Source: a virus
Lineage: Duplodnaviria; Heunggongvirae; Uroviricota; Caudoviricetes
IMG/VR virus record: IMGVR_UViG_2734482785_000004
Length of the DNA stretch: 6,964 bases
Direction: 5' to 3' (one strand)
In this document: positions 1 to 6,261 of the stretch, in pieces
How the letters are laid out: each line of letters opens with the position of its first letter
Numbering within the stretch: position 1 is the stretch's first letter
The notes under the pieces: generated by a model
Databases searched by the model: none
What the model saw: the letters and a program-made list of their open reading frames with translations, nothing else
Told to the model about the DNA's origin: nothing
Position numbers and translations under genes: made by a program

Positions 1-158
1 CCCGAAATGCGTTTTACTGGCGCTTTGTGGAGCTGGGAACGATAAACATGCCCGCGCATCCGTTCATTCGCCCGGCTTTCGATACGACAGAGGAGCTGGC
101 GGCGCAGGTTGCCATACAGCGAATGAATCAGGCTATTGATGAGGTCTTAAGTAAATGA
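1..158 (+). CDS. 3' end of a phage head-tail joining / tail completion protein (lambda Z-like or HK97 gp10-like); 5' end lies outside the window
   Basis: Frame 3 is open from the window edge to TGA at 156-158, translating ...RNAFYWRFVELGTINMPAHPFIRPAFDTTEELAAQVAIQRMNQAIDEVLSK*. It sits immediately upstream of the tail gene block and its stop overlaps the next start (ATGA at 155-158). Family assignment is from memory of the conserved C-terminal motif, not a search. Confidence 0.45.
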   Translation, partial: RNAFYWRFVELGTINMPAHPFIRPAFDTTEELAAQVAIQRMNQAIDEVLSK

Positions 159-499
159 GGGAAGCCACACTGTATTCCCTGCTGTCTCAACTGGCCGGAG
201 GACAGGTTTATCCTTATGTGGTCCCGCTGACGGAGGGAAAGCCTGCGGTATCTCCGCCGTGGCTGGTGTTTTCTGTGGTGTCTGACACGGCGTCTGATGT
301 GCTTGATGGTCAGGCTGAATCCAGAATTACCGTGCAGATCGATGTCTGGGCAACAGTACCTGATGACGCAGATGATATCCGTGAGCAGGCGCTTGATGCG
401 GTAAGGCAACTGGCACCCTCCGTTATTTCTAAAACGCAGGGGTATGATCCTGACTCCCGTCTGAGCAGAGCCACGCTTGAATTTCAGGTAATAGCCTGA
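155..499 (+). CDS. Small tail protein, probably tail terminator / tail completion (lambda U-like position)
   Basis: 114-aa ORF (MREATLYSLLSQLAGGQVYPYVVPL...). Size and position directly upstream of the major tail protein gene match the lambda U slot; start overlaps the upstream stop. Function inferred from synteny and size only. Confidence 0.55.
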   Translation: MREATLYSLLSQLAGGQVYPYVVPLTEGKPAVSPPWLVFSVVSDTASDVLDGQAESRITVQIDVWATVPDDADDIREQALDAVRQLAPSVISKTQGYDPDSRLSRATLEFQVIA

Positions 500-518
500 G
501 GTCGTTAATGATTTTATC

Positions 519-546
519 CACCCACCGCTGGCGGGTTTTTTATTTT
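519..546 (+). terminator. Candidate rho-independent terminator or attenuator hairpin between the U-like and V-like genes
   Basis: GC-rich imperfect inverted repeat cccaCCGCtgGCGGg (about 521-535) followed by TTTTTTaTTTT (536-546), 20 nt after the upstream TGA (497-499) and just before the RBS of the next gene. Confidence 0.4.
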
Positions 547-547
547 C

Positions 548-552
548 AGGAG
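548..552 (+). promoter_or_regulatory. Ribosome binding site (AGGAG) for the major tail protein gene
   Basis: AGGAG lies 6 nt upstream of ATG 559. Confidence 0.6.
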
Positions 553-558
553 ACGAGT

Positions 559-1263
559 ATGTCCTCTAATTTTGAGCGTTCGCAACTGACGAAAATTATG
601 ATTTCGTCTGCACCGGTAACAGCAGAAACCCTGGATTCTGCCAGCTATCTTGGCCTGAGCTGTACAATCAAAGAGGTGCAGTTTACCGCAGGACAAAAGC
701 AGGATATTGATGTCACCACGCTGTGTTCTGTTGAGCAGGAAAATATTAACGGTCTTGGTGCCGCGTCAGAGATTTCCATGTCAGGCAACTTTTACCTCAA
801 TGCTGCCCAGAACGCGTTGCGCAGTGCCTATGACAATGACACCACGTATGGCTTTAAAGTTATTTTTCCGTCAGGCAACGGATTTACCTTTATGGCAGAG
901 GTGCGTCAGCATACCTGGTCTGCAGGAACTAATGGTGTTGTGGCTGCAACGTTTTCCCTGCGCCTGAAAGGTAAACCTGTGCTGACGACAGAGCCGCTGA
1001 AAGTGAAGGTCGATTTAAACAGCACGCTGCAGGTTTCTGCCGGAGCGAAACTCGAAATGGTGGTTGAGGCTGCCGGTGGTGTGCCGCCTTATTCTTATGT
1101 CTGGAAGAAAGGTAGTTCTCCTGTTTCCGGACAGACGGCGGCAACATTCAGTAAGGCATCAGCAGCATCAGGTGATGCCGGTGCGTATACCTGCGAGATT
1201 TCTGATTCAGCAAGCCCTGTTAACAAGGTGACCTCCACTTCCTGCACTGTAACCGTCAGTTAA
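559..1263 (+). CDS. Major tail (tube) protein, lambda V analogue, with C-terminal Ig-like domain
   Basis: 234-aa product from ATG 559 (MSSNFERSQL...); the track ORF begins at 508, but 559 has the good RBS and lies downstream of the hairpin. N-terminal ~145 aa resemble a tail tube domain (GFKVIFPSGNGFTFMAEV...); C-terminal ~85 aa show Ig-fold hallmarks (PPYSYVWKKG...DAGAYTCEISD...CTVTV). Position directly before the chaperone pair is canonical. Confidence 0.8.
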   Translation: MSSNFERSQLTKIMISSAPVTAETLDSASYLGLSCTIKEVQFTAGQKQDIDVTTLCSVEQENINGLGAASEISMSGNFYLNAAQNALRSAYDNDTTYGFKVIFPSGNGFTFMAEVRQHTWSAGTNGVVAATFSLRLKGKPVLTTEPLKVKVDLNSTLQVSAGAKLEMVVEAAGGVPPYSYVWKKGSSPVSGQTAATFSKASAASGDAGAYTCEISDSASPVNKVTSTSCTVTVS

Positions 1264-1277
1264 TGAGGATGGATGTG

Positions 1278-1649
1278 ATGACTAAAAATATCCGTAATCT
1301 GGCACTGGCAACGATGTCGGGGTTTCGCCATAAAACCGTTGATGTGCCTGAATGGGAGGGAGCATCGGTTGTATTACGGGAACCTTCTGCAGAAGCCTGG
1401 TTGCGCTGGCAGGAGATCGTTAAAGCAAAAGATGATGAGACACCGTTATCCGTTGCGGAGCGCGCCCGCCGAAATCTGGAGGCGGACGTTGAACTGTTCA
1501 TTGATGTTCTGTGTGATACCGGGCTGCAACCCGTATTTTCAGAGGATGATCGTGAACAGGTGATTGCCGTGTATGGCCCGGTGCATGCCCGGCTTCTTCG
1601 CCAGTCTCTGGAACTGATCAGTGATGCCGGAGAGGTTAAAAAAAAGTAG
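1278..1649 (+). CDS. Tail assembly chaperone (lambda G analogue)
   Basis: ORF ending TAG 1647-1649. Start is ambiguous (ATG 1263, ATG 1269, GTG 1275 or ATG 1278); ATG 1278 is preferred because GAGGA at 1265-1269 sits 8 nt upstream. Acidic ~125-aa protein placed between the major tail protein and tape measure genes and ending in a slippery A-run, as in G/GT systems. Confidence 0.7.
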   Translation: MTKNIRNLALATMSGFRHKTVDVPEWEGASVVLREPSAEAWLRWQEIVKAKDDETPLSVAERARRNLEADVELFIDVLCDTGLQPVFSEDDREQVIAVYGPVHARLLRQSLELISDAGEVKKK

Positions 1650-1951
1650 CGCTTCCGGGGATGCGTTTTCTGATGATGCTGGCGCTCAGGATGGGGCGCA
1701 CATTGTCAGAGTTACGCCGGGAAATGTCCGCATCAGAAATCATGATGTGGGCAGAATTTGACAGGTTCAGCCCGCTGGGGGACGAACGGGCTGATATCCG
1801 GGCTGCCCAGATTGTTTCCGCTGTTTACGGTGCGCAGGGGGTCAAAGTACCACTGAATGATGTGCTTCTTCAGTGGGAGCAGGAGCAGACAGAAGGCGCC
1901 TCAGATCCATTTGCCGGGCTGGAAAACGCGCTTTTAACCGTGTCTCAGTGA
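1278..1951 (+). CDS. Tail assembly chaperone frameshift fusion (lambda G-T analogue); join 1278..1646 with 1646..1951 via -1 frameshift
   Basis: Predicted fusion junction ...GEVKKK/VALPGMRFLMMLALRMGRTLSELRREM..., about 224 aa. The downstream ORF (track 1661..1951) has no convincing independent RBS and sits in the -1 frame directly after the slippery heptamer. The G/GT frameshift upstream of the tape measure gene is conserved across long-tailed phages. Confidence 0.75.
1638..1646 (+). other. Programmed -1 ribosomal frameshift slippery site (A_AAA_AAG inside an A8 run)
   Basis: Zero-frame codons GTT AAA AAA AAG TAG. A -1 slip on A_AAA_AAG (1640-1646) continues as GTA GCG CTT CCG GGG ATG..., the frame of the downstream 1661-1951 ORF. 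That -1 frame is closed by TGA at 1622-1624 and open only from 1625, so the slip window is a few codons wide. Confidence 0.75.
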
Positions 1952-1959
1952 GTCAACAT

Positions 1960-1981
1960 AACCGCTTCGGCGGTTTTTTTT
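1960..1981 (+). terminator. Candidate rho-independent terminator or attenuator between the T-like ORF and the tape measure gene
   Basis: Perfect 6-bp stem AACCGC / GCGGTT with TTCG loop (1960-1975), followed by a run of T's to 1981. It lies 9 nt after the TGA at 1949-1951 and just before the tape measure RBS and start. Confidence 0.5.
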
Positions 1982-1991
1982 CGTCCGGAGA

Positions 1992-4900
1992 ATGAGTGTG
2001 GCGACATTACGTGAACTGATTATTAAAATTTCGGCAAACTCCCGGTCATTCCAGTCAGAGATCTCCCGGGCTTCGCGTATGGGGCAGGATTACTACCGCA
2101 CCATGCAGAACGGAGGCCGACAGTCCGCTGCTGCATCCCGTGAAATGCGGCGTGCACTGGCAGAAGTGACGGATCAGATAAATACAGCTAAATCTTCGGC
2201 ACTGAACATGGCGGGGGCATTTGCCGGGGCTTTTGCTACCGGTCATCTTATTTCTCTCGCCGATGAGTGGAATTCAGTCAATGCCCGTCTGAAGCAGGCC
2301 TCACAGTCCAGTGATGATTTTCAGGCATCACAACGTGAATTAATGGCAATCAGCCAGAGAACGGGAACGGCTTTTTCTGATAACGCCAGCCTTTTTGCCC
2401 GCTCTGCAGCTTCCATGCGGGAGTATGGTTACAGTTCTGAGGAGGTACTGAAAGTCACCGAGGCGATCTCCACGGGCCTGAAATTATCCGGTGCCAGTAC
2501 AGCAGAAGCCAGTTCGGTGATCACGCAGTTCAGCCAGGCACTGGCGCAGGGAGTGCTGCGCGGTGAAGAATTTAACGCCGTGAATGAGAGCGGTGATCGT
2601 GTTATTCGTGCGCTGGCTGCGGGAATGGGCGTTGCCCGTAAGGATCTGAAGGCCATGGCGGATAACGGAAAACTGACCGCCGATAAGGTTGTTCCTGCAC
2701 TGATTAGTCAGCTTGGGGCGTTGCGTGATGAATATGCAGCAATGCCTGATACGGTTTCATCCTCTGCAACCAAAGTTGAAAACGCCTTTATGGCCTGGGT
2801 TGGTGGTGCGAACGAGGCAAGCGGAGTGACGAAGACGCTCTCCGGGGTGCTGAATGGTCTTGCAGGCAATATTGACACCGTGGCAACCGCTGCCGGTGCT
2901 CTGGTTGCCGTCGGGGTAGCCCGATATTTTGGCAATATGGCGTCTTCTGCTGGATCTGCAACTGCCGGATTAATTACTGCAGCCAGAAACGAAGTGGCTC
3001 TTGCGGAAGCGCAGCTCCGGGGGACGCAGATAGCAACCGCCAGGGCGCGTGCGGCGGTTTATCGTGCGCAACAGGCGGTCGCGGCTACCCGTGGTACTGA
3101 AAGACAGGCAGCCGCAGAAGCGAAACTGGCTGCTGCCCAGGCATCACTTACCCGTAATATTGCGGCCAGAACAGCAGCACAGACAACGCTGAATACTGTC
3201 ACGTCAGTGGGGAGTCGTCTGTTAAGTGGGGCACTGGGACTGGTTGGGGGTGTGCCGGGGCTTGTCATGCTGGGGGCCGCGGCCTGGTACACAATGTATC
3301 AGAATCAGGAGCAGGCCAGAGAATCTGCACGCCAGTATGCCGCAACAATCGACGAAATTCGCCAGAAAACGTCGGCAATGTCGCTTCCTGAAGCGTCAGA
3401 TAATGAGGAAAAGACGCGGCAGGCACTGAAGGAGCAGAACAGGTTAATTGACGAGCAGAAAAGTAAGATTAAATCCTTACAGGAAAAAATTGCTGGCTAT
3501 CAGTACGTGCTGGCAAACCCGGGCTGGACAACCGATAACGGTTTTATGATTAACCACATGACGTCGGTAAAAACTGTCACAGAAGGGCTTGCCGAAGCAA
3601 CAAATCAACTGGCAGTTGAACAGTCTCGCCTCACTCAAATGCAGGGCAAAGCGCAATCCATTCAGGATGTGCTTGCCGGGCTGGAGGAACGACGGGTGGC
3701 GTTGATCCGTCAACAGGCGGCGGAACAAAACAAAGCGTATCAGTCCCTGTTGATCATGAATGGGCAGCATACCGAGTTTAATCGCCTTCTCGGGCTTGGT
3801 AATGAATTACTTCAGCAGCGACAGGGGCTGATGAATGTACCGTTACGGCTACCACAGGCAACCCTGGATGATAAACAGCAGACCGCACTGAATAACAGTA
3901 AGCGCGAACTGGCTCTGTCCCGCCTGAAGGGGGAAGCGCGTGAGCGTGCCCGACTGGGCTATGCTGCGGATGATCTCGGCTTTGTGGGAGAGGCGTATCA
4001 GACAGCCAGACAGAATTATATCAATAACTCACTGGATGCCTGGCGAAATAACCAGGCAAATAAACCCAAAGCGCATAAAAAGACCGAAGCGGAAAAAACA
4101 GAAGATATTTATAAACGGCTGATTAAACAGCAGAAAGAACAGATAGCACTGGCAGGGCAGAATACTGAACTGGCTAAGATGAAATATCAGGTCAGTCAGG
4201 GCGAATTATCAACCCTGTCAGAAGCGCAGAAAAAAACGCTTTTGCAGAATGCAGCACTCATCGACCAGAAAAAGATTCGTGAGCAGCTTGCCGCGTATGA
4301 AAGCAGTCTGGCGGACAGTAATGCCAGTGCCCGGGCATCTGACGACGCGCAGTTGCTGGGATATGGTGAAGGCTTACGGATGCGTGAACGACTCCAGGAA
4401 ATGTGGAGTATCCGGCAGACGTTTGAGCAGAAAAATAACGAGCTGCTGAGACAGTATCAGGCCGGAGAAATTGAAGAAGCCCTGTGGAAACAGGAGAAAG
4501 AACTGAATAAAAAATATCTGGAAGAGCGTCTCAGCGATCAGCAGGATTATTATGCAAAGGCCGATGCTTTACGTAATAACTGGAATGCCGGACTCCAGGA
4601 GGGACTGACCAACTGGGCAGACAGTGCCACTGATTATGCTTCGCAGGCGGCAGATGCTGTCGTTTCCACGATGGACGGGCTGGTATCAAATATTTCCGAT
4701 GCACTGGCCGGGAATGTTGTGGACTGGAGGAACTGGGGGAGTTCAGTTCTCCGGGAAGTTTCAAAAATTCTGATGAATGCAGCCATTGTTAACGGACTGA
4801 AATCACTCTCCGGTGCCGGAGGGTGGCTTGGTACGGTCGGCGGATGGATTTCGGGGGCAGTGGCAAACGCAAAAGGTGGTGTTTACACATCGGCAAATCT

Positions 4901-5225
4901 GAGTGCTTACAGTAACACTATTGTGGATACACCGACGTATTTTGCTTTTGCGAAAGGTGCCGGGTTGATGGGCGAGGCCGGGCCTGAAGCAATCATGCCA
5001 CTGACACGGGCAGCGGACGGCTCTCTTGGGGTCAGGGCCATTGGAAATGTGAATGGTGGCGGTGGATTTGTTTATTCTCCCGTGTATCACATCAGCATTC
5101 AGAATCAAGGGAGCAATGGCGAGATAGATGCGCGCTCAGCCAGGGGACTGGTGGATCTGATCGACAGCAGGGTTGTGTCAATTATGCAGTCATCGCGTCG
5201 GGATGGAGGATTGTACAGTGCCTGA
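1992..5225 (+). CDS. Tail tape measure protein (lambda H analogue)
   Basis: 1077-aa ORF. N-terminal region resembles the tape-measure N-terminal domain (...GYSSEEVLKVTEAISTGLKLSGASTAEASSVITQFSQALAQGVLRGEEFNAVNESGDRVIRAL...). Two hydrophobic Gly/Ala-rich segments (LVAVGVARYF...; LSGALGLVGGVPGLVMLGAAAWY) are followed by a long Q/E/K/R/A-rich helical region. The C-terminus (...GPEAIMPL...RDGGLYSA) resembles the lambda H C-terminus as recalled. GTG 1998 is an alternative start with better spacing from GGAG 1987-1990. Confidence 0.9.
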   Translation: MSVATLRELIIKISANSRSFQSEISRASRMGQDYYRTMQNGGRQSAAASREMRRALAEVTDQINTAKSSALNMAGAFAGAFATGHLISLADEWNSVNARLKQASQSSDDFQASQRELMAISQRTGTAFSDNASLFARSAASMREYGYSSEEVLKVTEAISTGLKLSGASTAEASSVITQFSQALAQGVLRGEEFNAVNESGDRVIRALAAGMGVARKDLKAMADNGKLTADKVVPALISQLGALRDEYAAMPDTVSSSATKVENAFMAWVGGANEASGVTKTLSGVLNGLAGNIDTVATAAGALVAVGVARYFGNMASSAGSATAGLITAARNEVALAEAQLRGTQIATARARAAVYRAQQAVAATRGTERQAAAEAKLAAAQASLTRNIAARTAAQTTLNTVTSVGSRLLSGALGLVGGVPGLVMLGAAAWYTMYQNQEQARESARQYAATIDEIRQKTSAMSLPEASDNEEKTRQALKEQNRLIDEQKSKIKSLQEKIAGYQYVLANPGWTTDNGFMINHMTSVKTVTEGLAEATNQLAVEQSRLTQMQGKAQSIQDVLAGLEERRVALIRQQAAEQNKAYQSLLIMNGQHTEFNRLLGLGNELLQQRQGLMNVPLRLPQATLDDKQQTALNNSKRELALSRLKGEARERARLGYAADDLGFVGEAYQTARQNYINNSLDAWRNNQANKPKAHKKTEAEKTEDIYKRLIKQQKEQIALAGQNTELAKMKYQVSQGELSTLSEAQKKTLLQNAALIDQKKIREQLAAYESSLADSNASARASDDAQLLGYGEGLRMRERLQEMWSIRQTFEQKNNELLRQYQAGEIEEALWKQEKELNKKYLEERLSDQQDYYAKADALRNNWNAGLQEGLTNWADSATDYASQAADAVVSTMDGLVSNISDALAGNVVDWRNWGSSVLREVSKILMNAAIVNGLKSLSGAGGWLGTVGGWISGAVANAKGGVYTSANLSAYSNTIVDTPTYFAFAKGAGLMGEAGPEAIMPLTRAADGSLGVRAIGNVNGGGGFVYSPVYHISIQNQGSNGEIDARSARGLVDLIDSRVVSIMQSSRRDGGLYSA

Positions 5226-5559
5226 GCCTGAAGTTTTTAACTGGATCCCCCGTGAGGGGATGGAGACGACACGAAAGCCATCAGTTATTACGGTAAAGTT
5301 TGGTGACGGATATGAACAGCGACGGGCTGGTGGTCTGAATGCGGATCTGAAAACGTTTAAACCGGTATTTCGTGTCACAGATGAATATTCCCGTGCCGCG
5401 CTGGACAGTTTTTTATCCCGTCATGCCGGGATTCGTGCTTTTTTGTGGCGTCCGCCAAAACACAACAGGACTGTCCGGGTTGTCTGCAGGGAGTGGAGCA
5501 TTTCGGATAATGCCATGTATACCGATTTTAACTGTACCTTTGAAGAGGTCACTCACTGA
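5218..5559 (+). CDS. Minor tail protein (lambda M analogue)
   Basis: Track ORF 5173..5559 begins at TTG; the likely start is GTG 5218 (GGAGGA at 5205-5210, 7 nt upstream), overlapping the tape measure stop (GTGCCTGA); ATG 5203 is the alternative. Product (M)PEPEVFNWIPREGMETTRKPSVITVKFGDGYEQRRAGGLNADLKTF...FLWRPP... matches the lambda M pattern (KVRFGDGYSQ...GLNANLKT...FLWTPP) as I recall it. Confidence 0.8.
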   Translation: MPEPEVFNWIPREGMETTRKPSVITVKFGDGYEQRRAGGLNADLKTFKPVFRVTDEYSRAALDSFLSRHAGIRAFLWRPPKHNRTVRVVCREWSISDNAMYTDFNCTFEEVTH

Positions 5560-6257
5560 TGCAGGATATACAGCAGGATACACTCAATGAGTGCACTAAA
5601 ACGGAGCAATCCGCGCTGGTCGTGCTCTGGGAAATTGATCTGACAGAGGTCGGCGGAGATCGTTATTTCTTCTGTAATGAGCAGAACGAAAAAGGTGAAC
5701 CGGTTACCTGGCAGGGGCGGCAGTATCAGGCTTATCCCATTCAGGGAAGCGGATTTGAGATGAACGGCAAAGGAGCCAGTGCAAGGCCAACGCTGAAAGT
5801 CTCTAATCTGCACGGCATGGTCACCGGGATGGCGGAAGATCTGCAGAGTCTGGTCGGCGGAACGGTGGTCCGGCGTAACGTTTACGCCCGTTTTCTGGAT
5901 GCGGTGAACTTCGTCAACGGAAACAGTGACGCCGACCCGGAGCAGGAGGTGATCAGCCGCTGGCGCATCGAGCAGTGCAGCGAACTGAGTGCGGTCAGTG
6001 CTTCTTTTGTACTGTCCACGCCGACGGAAACGGATGGCGCTGTTTTTCCGGGGCGCATCATGCTGGCCAACACCTGTACCTGGACCTATCGCGGCGATGA
6101 GTGCGGTTATCACGGTCCGGCGGTCGCGGATGAATATGATCAGCCGACGTCCGATATCACGAAGGATAAATGCAGCAAATGCCTGAGTGGCTGTAAGTTT
6201 CGCAATAACGTCGGCAACTTTGGCGGCTTCCTTTCCATTAACAAACTTTCGCAGTAA
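5559..6257 (+). CDS. Minor tail protein (lambda L analogue) with C-terminal cysteine cluster
   Basis: 232-aa ORF whose ATG overlaps the upstream TGA (TGATG at 5557-5561). Contains the EIDL...YFFCNE...W.G..Y...P...GFE...G...RPTL.VSN motif series typical of L-family proteins, and five C-terminal Cys at codons starting 6075, 6102, 6171, 6180 and 6192 (CTWTYRGDEC...CSKCLSGC). Confidence 0.85.
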   Translation: MQDIQQDTLNECTKTEQSALVVLWEIDLTEVGGDRYFFCNEQNEKGEPVTWQGRQYQAYPIQGSGFEMNGKGASARPTLKVSNLHGMVTGMAEDLQSLVGGTVVRRNVYARFLDAVNFVNGNSDADPEQEVISRWRIEQCSELSAVSASFVLSTPTETDGAVFPGRIMLANTCTWTYRGDECGYHGPAVADEYDQPTSDITKDKCSKCLSGCKFRNNVGNFGGFLSINKLSQ

Positions 6258-6261
6258 ACCC

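Noticed and set aside
508-558. Upstream extension of the major tail protein ORF to ATG 508 (MILSTHRWRVFYFQETS...)
   Set aside because: The extension would run through the hairpin and T-tract and has no RBS, whereas ATG 559 has an AGGAG 6 nt upstream and yields a sensible N-terminus.
514-1563. Short overlapping ORFs around the major tail and chaperone genes (514..696 -, 707..967 +, 929..1147 -, 1256..1501 -, 1339..1563 +)
   Set aside because: Out-of-frame or antisense to well-supported structural genes, with no independent support; treated as spurious.
1661-1951. Treating the 96-aa ORF at 1661..1951 as an independently translated gene
   Set aside because: It lies in the -1 frame directly after a canonical A_AAA_AAG slippery site at the end of the chaperone ORF, and the frame is open upstream to 1625. 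The conserved G-T-type frameshift fusion explains it better, though minor independent initiation at ATG 1661 cannot be excluded from sequence alone.
2055-5108. Several 60-100-aa ORFs on the minus strand and in alternative + frames inside the tape measure gene (e.g. 2055..2246, 2429..2656, 2708..2935, 3059..3292, 3226..3429, 3477..3770, 4531..4764, 4803..5108)
   Set aside because: All are embedded in the long, motif-supported tape measure ORF and have skewed Arg/Pro/Ser/Cys-rich compositions typical of out-of-frame translation. No start-site signals or motifs suggest an embedded gene.
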